DNA of 64,000 bases from Hypanus sabinus (Eukaryota): assembly GCF_030144855.1 (NCBI RefSeq), contig NC_082709.1:48794001-48858000 (forward strand). The letters run 5' to 3'. The notes under the pieces are model-generated. The model searched no databases and was not told the DNA's origin. It saw nothing but the letters and a program-made list of their open reading frames with translations. Every line of letters starts with the position of its first letter. Position 1 is the first letter of the stretch. Positions 21,663 through 33,200 of this stretch are shown here, piece after piece. The translations under genes and the position numbers were made by a program.

Positions 21663-24600
21663 CTAGAAGTCCCTCATTCGCCTGAAGGACCCAACAGTTG
21701 AGCTGTAGCCTCCCCAGTCACTGTATCTCCTGTATTCCCCGGGTCTCAGGAAGTACTGTCGGCCTCTGTAGTTGGGATGTTCATAGAAGATCCAGTAACC
21801 ATCCATCACCTGACAGGAGTGGATGTCACGGTAACAGAAACGATCATAGAGAGAGGGACAGTCGTCCATGAATTCCATCATCTGTCCTGCAAATTCAGGC
21901 TTCTCATAAATCTTCATCCTGTAGGTGCCCCCTCGGTGCTGGAATAAAGGATTTTATGTGTCCTTAATGCAGTATAGTCATGTCAAAATGCATATAATTA
22001 TCACAGACTTTATATATACATGCAGTTGTACTAGTCCTCAGAATTATCAATAATTAATTATATTTCAAGACTATCATGATTTAAGATTGAGGAAGTTCAC
22101 TATTTCTACAGGAGGCAGCTAAGAACATTACAGTTTCATGAATACTAAAAAAAATTTGGTTGTTGATCTCATGAAAGATATTTAAGGATATTAAAGTATA
22201 CTCAATATAATTACATGAAAGTATATATTACATAAATAATGTCATAATTGTGTTTCTGAATTAGATGCGTATCGATTAAATGTAATACCTGGTTGAAGAA
22301 CTTGTTCTGGATTTCTGAAGACAAGTGCAGAGAGACAGAGGGGTGTAAAATGAGGGTAGATACAAAAAGTAGTAAGGTGAAAAGTAAAAGTGTCGGACAG
22401 GCAAATCCAGGGCAAAAATCAAAAAAGGCCACTTTTCAACATAATTGTACAACGGCTAAGAGTGTTGTAAAAACAAGCCTGAAGGCTTTTTGTGTCAATG
22501 CGAGGAGCATTTGTAACAAGATAGATGAATTGAATGTGCAGATAGTCATTAATGAATATGATATAGTTGGGATCACAGAGACATGGCTCCAGGGTGACCA
22601 AGGATGGGAGCTCAACATCCAGGGATATTCAATATTCAGGAGGGATAGACAGGAAAGAAAAGGAGGTGGGGTAGCATTGCTGGTTGGAGAGGAGATTAAT
22701 GCAATAGAAAAGAAGGACATTTGCCTGGAGGATGTGGAATCGATATGGGTAGAGCTGCATAACACTAAGGGGCAGAAAACACTGGTGGGAGTTGTGTACA
22801 GGCCACCGAACAGTAGTAGTGAGGTTGGGGATGGCATTAAACGGGAAATTAGAAATGCGTTCAATAAAGGAACAGTAGTTATAATGGGTGACTTCAATCT
22901 ACATATAGATTGGGTGAACCAAATTGGTAAGGGTGCTGAGGTTGAGGATTTCTTGGAATGTATGCGGGATGGTTTTCTGAAACAACATGTCGAGGAACCA
23001 ACTAGGGAGCAGGCCATCCTAGATTGGGTATTGAGCAATGAGGAAGGGTTAGTTAGCAATCTTGTCGAGCGAGGCCCCTTGGGTAAGAGTGACCATAATA
23101 TGGTGGAATTCTTCATTAAGATGGAGAGTGACATAGTTAATTCAGGAACAAAGGTTCTGAACTTAAAGAAGGGTAACTTTGAAGGTATGAGACGTGAATT
23201 AGCTAAGATAGACTGGCAAATAATACTTAAAGGGTATGCAATGGCAAGCATTTAAAGATCGCATGGATGAATTACAACAATTGTTCATCCCAGTTTGGCA
23301 AAAGAATAAACCAGGGAAGGTAGTGCACCCATGGCTGACAAGGGAAATCAAGGATAGTATCAAGTCCAAAGAAGAAACATACAAATTAGCCAGAAAAAGT
23401 GGCATACCTGAGGACTGGGAGAAATTCAGAGTCCAGCAGAGGAGGACAAAGGGATTAATTAGGAAAGGGAAAAAAGATTATGAGAGAAAGCTGGCAGGGA
23501 ACATAAAAACTGACTGTAAAAGCTTTTATAGATATGTGAAAAGAAAAAGATTGGTCAAGACAAATGTAGGTCCCTTACAGTCTGAAACAGCTGAATTGAT
23601 CACGGGGAACAAGGACATGACAGACCAACTGAATAACTACTTTGGTTCTGTCTTTACTAAGGAGGACATAAATAATCTTTGGGAAATAGTAGGGGACCAA
23701 GGGTCTAGTGAGATGGAGGAACTGAGGGAAATACATGTTAGTGGGGAAGTGGTGTTTGGTAAATTGAAGGGATAAAAGGCAGATAAATCCCCAGGGCCAG
23801 ATGGTCAGCATCCCAGACTGCTTAAGGAAGTAGCCCAAGATATAGTGGATGCATTACTGATAATTTTTCAAAACTCCTTAGATTCTGGATTAGTTCCTGA
23901 GGATTGGAGGGTGGCTAATGTAACCCCACTTTCTTAAAAAGGAGGGAGAGAAAAACTGGGGAATTATAGCCTGACATCGGTGGTGGAAAAATGCTAGAGT
24001 CAGTTATCAAAGATGTGATAACAGCACATTTGGAAAGCAGTGAAATCATCGGACAAAGTCAGCATGGATTTGTGCAAGGAAAATCATGTCTGACCAAACT
24101 TATAGAATTTTTTGAAGATGTAACTAGTAGAGTGGATAGGGGAGAGCCAGTGGATGTGGTATATTTGGATTTTCAAAAGGCTTTTGACAAGGTCCCACAC
24201 AGGAGATTACTGTGCAAACTTAAAGCACACGGTATTGGGGGTATGTTATTGTTGTGGATAGAGAAGTGGTTGGCAGACAGGAAGCAAAGAGCGGGAGTAA
24301 ACGGGACCTTTTCAGAATGGCAGGCAGTGACTAGTGGGGTACCCCAAGGCTCAGTGCTGGGATCCCAGTTGTTTACAATATATATTAATGATTTAGACAA
24401 GGGAATTAAATGCAGCATCTCCAAGTTTGTGGATAACACGAAGCTGGGCAGCAGTGTTAGCTGTGAGGAGGATGCTAAGAGGATGCGGGGTGACTTGGAT
24501 AGGTTCGGTGAGTGGGCAAATCCATGGCAGATGCAATTTAATGTGGATAAATGTGAGGTTATCCACTTTAGTTGCAAGAACAGGAAAACAGATTATTATC

Positions 24601-26812
24601 TGAATGGTGGCCGATTAGGAAAAGGGGAGGTGCAACGAGACCTGGGTGTCATTGTACACCAATCATTGAACGTGGGCATGCAGGTACAGCAGGCAGTGAA
24701 AAGGGCAAATGTTATGTTGGCATTCATAGCAAAAGGATTCGAGTACAGGAGCAGGGAGGTTCTACTGCAGTTGTACAAGGCATTGGTGAGACCGCACCTA
24801 GAGTATTGTGTGCAGTTTTGGTCCCCTAATCTGAGGAAAGACATTCTTGCCATAGAGAGAGTACAGAGAAGGTTCACCAGATTGATTCCTGAGATGGCAG
24901 GACTTTCATATGAAGAAAGACTGGATCGACTAGGCTTATACTCACTGGAATATAGAAGTTTGAGGGGGGATCTTATTGAAACGTATAAAATTCTAAGAGG
25001 ATTGGACAGGCTAGATGCAGGAAGATTGTTTCCGATGTTGGGGAAGTTCAGAACGAGGGGTCACAGTTTAAAGATAAAGGGGAAGCCTTTTAGGACCGAG
25101 ATGAGGAGAAACTTCTTCACGCAGAGAGTGGTGTATCTGTGGAATTCTCTGCCACAGGAAACAGTTGAGGCCGGTTCATTGGCTATATTTAAGAGGAAGT
25201 TAGATATGGCCCTTGTGGCTAAAGGGATCAGGGGATATGGAGAGAAAGCAGGTACAGGGTTCTGAGTTGGATGATCAGCCATGATCATACTGAATGGCGG
25301 AGCAGGCTCAAAGGGCCGAATGGCCTACTCTTGCACCTATTTTCTATGTTCCTAAGGCAGTATTAACAAAAAGAACAAAGTTTACAGAATTTAGTTCCAC
25401 TAGAGATAACATAATGTAATTAATGTAAAACTTGTGTATTAGCATGATGGTAACTATGATAAATGTACATACAGTAGGTGCTGGTCTGTGTCTGTAAATA
25501 GGTTGAATTACTAATGCAAAAAATGCAAATTGTTTTGAGCATTTTCAGATTCCTCATTCCTCACTACCTCTCTGTCAGAGCTGTAAATTTAAGTCTACAC
25601 AGGGTGTGATTGTTGGAAACAATAATACAGCCATCCCGTATTTCAACCTGGGTATCAGCTACAGCCTGACTTATTTTATTGGTTCTTATTACCTGACCAG
25701 ATGATTTTGAAAAAAATTGCAACTTATGGGAGAGGGCAGATTGCTTCAACATTGAGCGAACATGGATTCAACGGGCCAAACAGCCTCACTCCATGCTTTA
25801 ACCTCACTGTGGTTCTCTGATACCATGCAATTAAAAACGTAGGATTTTGTAATTCAGACCACCAGCGGCCTGATTCAGTGAATAAGGAGGATGTTTTAGT
25901 ATGAATGAAAAACCACACAAATTCGTGAAAAGAGGCCATTCGTCCCATTGAAACCTTAATAGTCAAAATTATTTTCTGTCCAATCCTTCTTATCTCTTAT
26001 GAGATGTTAAGAGGAATAGATAAAAGTGCACAGTCAGAGAATTTTTCTCAAGGCAGAAATGGCTAACAGGAGAAAACATAAAATTTAAAAAAACTGTGCG
26101 TGGACATTCATATAGTTCCCGCATCAAAGCCAATGATGCATATGTCAGTGATAATAAACCTGATTCTGATTCCAATTCTTTACCCAGTGCCCTCGCAATC
26201 ACGGATACAGCTCTGTCTGTCAAAAGGACTCTGACATTCATCCCTCACACCAGATTCACTCATTTCCTGCACCAATGTCCTTTCTGTTGACTCATTTAAC
26301 AAATATCTACTGTCTCCAAACTTGTCTCCAAATGTCAGCAGCTAACTCTAGCATTCAAATCAGCACAACATTTCAGCGAAAGAGCTTGTGGACAAGTGTA
26401 ATTATTGCAAATGTCAGCCATTTCCTAGCAGTGTGTCAATTGGCTTGGAATACCTCAGTCACCAACAGCAACTTACAGGTGGGTAACTGCGACAGGACTT
26501 GACACAGTCATTGAATCCCATCCAGCGCTGGTAGTCAGGATACTCTCCCCTGCTCAGGACATACTGGTATCCCATGTAGTTGGGTCTCTCGTACAACACC
26601 CACCAGTCACTCTCAACACGGATGGAGTTACAGCGGCTGAAGTAAGGGGAGAGGTCAGCACAGTCGGAGCTGCACTCATAGTGCCGACCCTGGAAGTTCC
26701 TGTCCTCGTAGAAGATGATCTGTGGGAAGAAATAAATTGCTTAAATCAGACTGGGAACGAATGATGGTTACAATATAATTCACTAAATGAAAAGTGGTCT
26801 TGCCTTTCCCAT
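21663..26812 (-). CDS. Gamma-crystallin (gammaS-1-like), gene B; CDS exons 26804-26812, 26477-26719, 21663-21938; 175 aa
   Basis: [14 protein letters not shown]...[22 protein letters not shown]...RRMRDF*. Intact frame and splice sites. Intron 2 carries a CR1. Confidence 0.94.
22324..25353 (+). mobile_element. CR1 LINE (5'-truncated, whole ORF2, disabled) in intron 2 of gene B
   Basis: APE endonuclease motifs NARS/ITETW/YRPP/GDFN/SDH and RT motifs [22 protein letters not shown]. Frameshift at ~23236 and stop at ~23773. TTCTATGTTCCT tail. TSD AAGACA/AAGGCA; empty site at 57507-57512. Confidence 0.95.
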
Positions 26813-26860
26813 TGTGGTGTATGGTCGATAACCAACTGACTACATGGAACTGTAACTGGG

Positions 26861-27050
26861 TATTTATCTACTGGACAGAAAGGCTTTTCCAGCAAGGCCT
26901 TTGTAATGTAAATGATGCAAACCTGAGGTCAGCAGAAAACAACATACATCCCGTGAATGCTGAAAAAGCACCTGAGGATATGAGACTTGTCAGTGATCCA
27001 GTGATTGTTTTTGTTTTACAGCAGGCAATTTAATTGTACAAAGCAGTAAA
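26861..27050 (-). promoter_or_regulatory. Proximal promoter of gene B with variant TATA (TAGATAAATA)
   Basis: Aligns to the gene A promoter. MARE-like TGCTGAAAAAGCA at 26958-26970 is retained. Confidence 0.6.
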
Positions 27051-27741
27051 TCAGCCTTTTTCATTCTATGCTAGCGATCATTCCAGAGTTTCAAAAAGTT
27101 GCAGCCCGAGATATGTCCTGAGTTTTACCAAAATTTACACGTCAGGGACAATTTGCAATTTACCAATCTGCACAGTTTTGTGATGTGTGAGGAAATGAAG
27201 GCAGCCAGAGGAAACCGATGAGAGAGGAGAGAGGAGGTGCAAACACCTGAGCTTTTGAATCGGGCTCTCTGCAGGGACCGGGAGATTGTGTCTGTCATAG
27301 AGATGTTTCAACAAAATTTCTTTTAGTATCCAGCTGCAGATTCTGGGGCCGTACAGTAGCATAGGTGTTAGTGTAATGCAATACAGCACCAGTGATTCAG
27401 GTTCAATACCCATGCTGTTTTAACAAACTTGTATATTCTCCTCATTATCGTGGTTTCCTCCTGGTTCTCTGGGTTCCTCCCACATTCCAAAGACCTACAG
27501 GTGAGTACGTTGTGGGCATGCTATGCTGGCACTGGAAGCATGATAACGTTTGCAGACAGACCACAGCACATCCTCGGACTGTGTTGGTTGCTGTCGCAAA
27601 TGATGCATTTCACTGTACACTTCGATGATTGAATAACTTTTTAAAAATGTATTCTTTTCTCATGACTTAGTGTTATTGGCAAGGCCAACATTTAATACCA
27701 TTCCCTGACTACCCTAGAGAAAATGGAGGTGAACAGTTTTC

Positions 27742-27953
27742 TGTGGTGAACTATGTGCCTGTTGGGACACGCCCCTGCTGACTGCTCCTGTGGCTCCTCC
27801 CACAGGCCCCTGTATAAAGGAGACCTGCGGCCTGAAGATCGGCCTCATTCTCCAGGACCTTGTATGATAGACACTCACTCCTGGTTCCTTCTTCCAGTCA
27901 ATAAAAGCCGATATCTCGCCTACGTCTCAGTGTGAGTTATTGATGGTGCATCA
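27742..27953 (+). mobile_element. Solo LTR of the Mag-type family, unique to unit B
   Basis: TG...CA LTR with perfect TSD TTTTC (27737-27741 / 27954-27958). Empty sites at ~9142 and ~46549. Confidence 0.93.
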
Positions 27954-28696
27954 TTTTCCAAATCCCTGCAATCTAGTGACGTTCTCCAACAAAGCTGTTG
28001 GCAGGGAGTTTCAGGATTTAAACCCAGTGGCGATGAAGGACAAGTGATAGGTTTCCAAATCAGTGAGCTAAGAGATGTAGAGGGGAAGCTACAGATGGAA
28101 ATGTTCCCCTGTCCTTTGGGAAATATTATCAGAGCAGCCTGGGCAAGTACCTGCAGTGTGTTTTTGTCGATGATACACACTGTAACCACTATGTATCAAA
28201 GCTTTGAATGAACATTTCAGAAGATTGCTAATCTGCCAACCAAGAAAAATGCTTTGATAGAGTTAAACTTATTGAGAGATGTTGGAACTCCAGCCATCCA
28301 GCCAAGCAGAGAATATCATGATGTGCCTTGGGAATGTGACTCCTTCTGTGCCTCGTCATGCTCCTCGTTCTCCACAACATGCTGCAGAACTGCCTTCCTG
28401 GACATTTGATCGCTCAATTAATTTCATATGTCCTGTCTGCTGGAGCAGACTGTGCATGCTTGGACAGGTATGATTTTAATCTGATGGGGTATGAGGCCCA
28501 CCGGCTGCCCTCACCTGGTTTAGTCTGCCCGTCGAAGCGATGTACTGAGGTGTATAGAACATGCAGACATCTACCTGGTGCCACAGGTGAGTGCTGAGAG
28601 CTGAATGGAGACCTAAGGTGAGAGAACTGCCTCAGAATGGACACAGCAAGCCTCTTCACCAGAGGCACTACCCTCTGACGACACAACATACACGCT

Positions 28697-28911
28697 TGTG
28701 GTGAACTACGTGTGCCTGTCTGGACACACCCCCTGCTGACTGCTCCTGTGGCTCCTCCCACAGGCCCCTGTATAAAGGCGATCGAGGCCTAATGCTCGGC
28801 CTCAGTCTCCAGGACGTAGTATGATGGTCACTCACTGCTGGTTCCTTCTTCCAGTCAATAAAAGCCGATATCTCGCCTTACGTCTCAGAGTGAGTTATTG
28901 ATGGTGCATCA
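28697..28911 (+). mobile_element. Solo LTR (duplicate of 9885-10099)
   Basis: Same sequence and flanks at offset 18,812. Confidence 0.93.
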
Positions 28912-30270
28912 ACCCTAACAATAGAAATTAGTAAAATATAACATTTTTTCAGTCATAGCTCTGAGCACGTACTTCAATACACTGATTTGGGAAGCAGAGG
29001 AAAGCTTTGGAAATGATCAACAATATTGTCATAAGGGGAGCAAAGAATTCCAGCCAAACAACAAAAGAGTACAAATTTTTGTAGACTCTTGGGCAGCATT
29101 TTATAGATTTGTTTATTCTTGGACATTGGTGAATCAAAATATGAATGTATTTCATATGCTGTGATGGAAGCTTTATTACTACACCACTGCCAGTCAACTT
29201 TGCCAACCCCTACTCCTACTTCATCTCCATATCTCCGAAACCTTCGATCATGTTTTACCCCGAGAGTGCAAATGTCATTTCTTTTTCATGCAGATATATG
29301 ATTCTCTTTTGAAACTAACCAGCAATCCATTACAAGCCTCAGTTTCAAACAGTGCATTCTCGATGATCACAACTCACAGCGTGGACAAAATCCTCATTCA
29401 CTCCCGTGTGATTTTTACTGTCGGCCAGGCGCTGCTTTGTTTCCAGCTCTTCACAGGGGATGTGCAACCACAGAGTGAACCATTGCATTTGAGGATCCAA
29501 GGTATTCGGTCAGGTCTCAGCTTACAGCTCTTTCCCATCAGCTGGTAACCTAGAGTGAGAACTTGGGCAGTGGATCTGTCATTTAGTTTATTCAGTTTGA
29601 CTGTTTACGGTATCTCTATATTTCTGCTGTGAGCTGGACACCAGAGTGTTGGAAATTTGTTTTTCAAACAAGCTAAAGGGGTTCAGGGGAATTGCAGTAT
29701 AAATTCCGTTACAGATTCAGAACAAGTTTAAAGTGCTGGAGAGTTTAGTACTTCAGCTCTCTGGACATTCCTCATTCACAATTTGCTGAGAAATTTGCAC
29801 CTGTACCTGGGCCAGTTTATAATAGTGATCATTTCTGGGTGAAATGGCACTCATTGGGACAATGACCCTAGCAATTCTGTACACAATTCACCTTCATATG
29901 ACAAATGTGTTCCAGACATCATTCACATACTTCTCAGAGCCATGTTTTTCCCCGTAAATCGGGTCTTTAGGGTGCAACATACAACCTCTGTTGAAAGTTC
30001 ACAATAAAACTAGGAGCACCTGGTGCTGTAAAGCTGATGGGACCAATTGAAGGATTTCTGTGCTGACATTGAATCCTGGAATATGAATCTTTGACTATAA
30101 AACAATGATGTAGTGAGTTGGAGATTATCCGTCCACACCTGTGTAGGAGACAGCAGCAAATCTGTGCTGATCTTCACTTTCAAAGTTCAGTTCTGTGGAA
30201 TTTATTAGAATTTTGCTTTGAAAATGGAGTACAGTGTGTCAACGCTGCCATTGCACATAACGGGTATGAT

Positions 30271-33200
30271 TGTGGGGTAATGTAATTAGGAGGAATGTAC
30301 AAAATTCAGAACCACCGACATTGCACTGGGGTTTTGGTTTAAGAGGCTGGTCTCAGTGATGCACCATCAATAACTCTCCGAGACGTGAGGCGAGATATAG
30401 GCTTTTATTGGCTGGAAGAAAGAACAAGCAGCAGTTGACCACCATACTACATCCTGGAGACTGAGGCCAGGGCTGTGTCTCGAATCGCCTTTATACCGGG
30501 GTCAGTGGGAGGAGGCACAGGAGCAGTCAGCGGGGAGGTGGGGGCGTGTCCAGACAGATATATGTAGTTCACCACATTCACCCCCCCACCTTGTTCTAAA
30601 AGAGAGTCCCCATGGGGCAAAGTTTCTTACAAGTATATTTACAGGTTAAGTCTATCAGGTGGTCAAATCTGTCGCTGCGATTTACGTAGCACCGGCTGTG
30701 ATTGCACAGGTGCTGGTGGTGATCGCGCCAGAGACGATGGTTGTGCTGGTTCCGGCCTAACTGGAGGTGTCAGCCCACTAGGCGTCAGTGATCCCTCATG
30801 TGTGTGCGAGGCGCCTGGTATATGCGCGTGCAAGACGCCCGGTATAGGAGTGGCATGAGGAGTCTGTGTAGGGCTTGGTGTGCGTGGTGTCAGCTCGGGT
30901 ACAAGGTTCATAGTTACCGTGGAGTGTTTGGGGTAGTGGTCTGCTGCTCCTGCGGGCGCCAGGTCGCGGATGGAGACCGTGTCCTCCTGCCCATCAGGTA
31001 AGACCACGTAAGCGTACTGGGGGTTCGCATGAAGTAGGTGAACCCTCTCGACCAGCGGGGAGTATTTATTGCTCCTCGCATGTTTCCGGAGCAGCACTGG
31101 CCCTGGGGATGTCAGCCAAGCCGGTAGGGTGGTCCCAGTGGCAGACTTCCTGGGAAAAGAAAATGGGTGCTCGTGAGGGGTGGCATTGGTGGACGTACAT
31201 AACAGGGAGCGGATAGAGTGGAATGCCTCGGGGAGGACCTCCTGCCATCGAGAGACTGACAACCCTTTTGACTTAAGGGCTAAAAGTGTGGCCTTCCACA
31301 CTGTGGCATTCTCCCTCTCCACCTGTCCATTTCCCCAGAGATTATAGCTCGTGGTCCAACTAGTAGCAATGCCCCTAGCCAGCAGGTATTGGCGCAGCTC
31401 ATCACTCATAAAGGAGGACCCTCTATCACTGTGGCTATAGCAGGGATATCCGAACAGAGTGAAGAGCTGACACAGGGCTTTTATGACAGACATGGCAGTG
31501 GTGTCGGGGCACGGGATGGCAAAGGGGAACCATGAGTACTCGTTGATAATGTTGAGAAAGTAGACATTGTGGTCAGTGGAGGGAAGGGGGCCCTTAAAGT
31601 CGACTCTCAGTCGCTCAAAGGGGCGGGTGGCCTTGATAAGTTGTGCCTTTTCAGGACAGTAGAAGTGCAGTTTGCACTCAGCGCAGACTTGACAGTCCCT
31701 GGTCATCGTCCTGATGTCCTCAAGGGAGTACGGCAGGTTCCGGGCTTTCACGAAATGGTAAAATCGGGTGACCCTGGGTGGCAAAGATGCGCATGGAGGG
31801 CATATAGCTGGTCGAGCTGAGCGCTGGCGCATGCTCCCCGGGATAGGGCATCAGGGGGCTCATTGAGCCTTCCAGGTCGGTACAGGATTTCATAGTTGTA
31901 GGTGGAGAGTTCTATTCTCCACCGCAAAATTTTATCATTTTTGATTTTGCCCCGCTGTTGGTTGCTGAACTTGAACGCAACTGAGCGCTGGTCAGTCAGC
32001 AAGGTGAACCTTTTGCCGGCGAGATAGTGCCTCCAGTGCCTAATAGCTTCCACTATGGCCTGGGCTTCTTTCTCCACCACGGAGTGCCGAATTTCAGGGC
32101 CTTGAAGGGTACGAGAAAAGAATGCTACTGGCCTGCCTGCCTGATTGAGGGCAGCAGCCAGCGCGAAATCGGAGACATCACTCTCTACTTGGAAGGGAAT
32201 AGTCTCGCCAACCGCATGCATCATTGCTTTGGCAATGTCCCCTTTAATGCAGCTGAAGGCCCTGCAGGCCTCGGCTGAGAGGGGAAATGTGGTAGACTTG
32301 ACCAGGGGAGCGGGCCTTATCTGCGTAATGGGGAACCCATTGGGCGTAATAGGAAAAGAAGCCCAGGCACTGTCTGAGGGCTTTGAGGGTGGTGGGAAGA
32401 GGGAGTTCCAACAGGGGGCGCATACGGTCGGGATTAGGGCCAATGACCCCGTTCTCCACGACATACCCAAGGATAGCGAGTCGGGTGGTTCCAAACACAG
32501 ACTTGTCCCTGTTATAAGTAAGGTTCAGGGCTTCGGCCACTTGGAAAAATCATTGGAGGTTGGCGTTGTGATCTGACCAGTCGTGACCACAGATAGTGAT
32601 GTTATCCAGATAGGGAAATGTGGCCTTCAGTTGGTACTGGTCCACCATCAGGTCCATTTCCCTCTGGAAGACAGAGACACCATTTGTGACACCGAAGGGG
32701 ACGCGCAGGAAGTGATAGAGCCTGCTGCCCGCCTCGAAGGCGGTGTAGGGGCGGTCCTCTGGGTGGATGGGGAGCTGGTAATAAACAGATTTCAGATCTA
32801 TTGTAGAGTACACCTTGTACTGAGCTATCTGGTTGACCATATCCGCGATGCGGGGTAGGGTGTACGCGTCAAGCTGCGTGAACCTATTGATGGTCTGGCT
32901 ATAGTCCACGACCATTCTATTTTTCTGCCCGGTCTGAACAACGACCACCTGGGCCCTCCAAGGACTTGTGCTTGGCTCATTGATCCCCTCCCCGAGCAGC
33001 CGCTGCACCTCCAACTGAATGAAGGCCCTGTCCCCCGCGCTGTACCGCCTGCTTTTAGTTGCCACAGGTTTACAGTCGGGGGTCAGGTTGGCAAACAGCG
33101 GTGGGGGAGGGATCCTGAGGGTGGAGAGGCTGCAAGTGGTGTCAGTAGCGCAGATGTCAGTATGTTGCTGGGTGGGATGTGTGGGTCAGTATGTGTGTGT

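Larger units (their letters stand above)
9483..28294 (+). repeat. ~18.8-kb near-identical tandem segmental duplication, copy 1
   Basis: ORFs recur at offset 18,812-18,813 (11851 to 30663, 18260 to 37073, 22293 to 41106, 27135 to 45947) with only scattered differences. The exact boundary lies within a ~400-bp tract that appears identical. Confidence 0.92.

Noticed and set aside
22436-23251. 271-aa minus-strand ORF in the crystallin intron
   Set aside because: Antisense shadow of the CR1 endonuclease frame.
23991-25265. 424-aa RT ORF as an active or domesticated gene
   Set aside because: Part of a CR1 ORF2 broken upstream by a frameshift and a stop; the catalytic motif is decayed (FVDN/FVNN).
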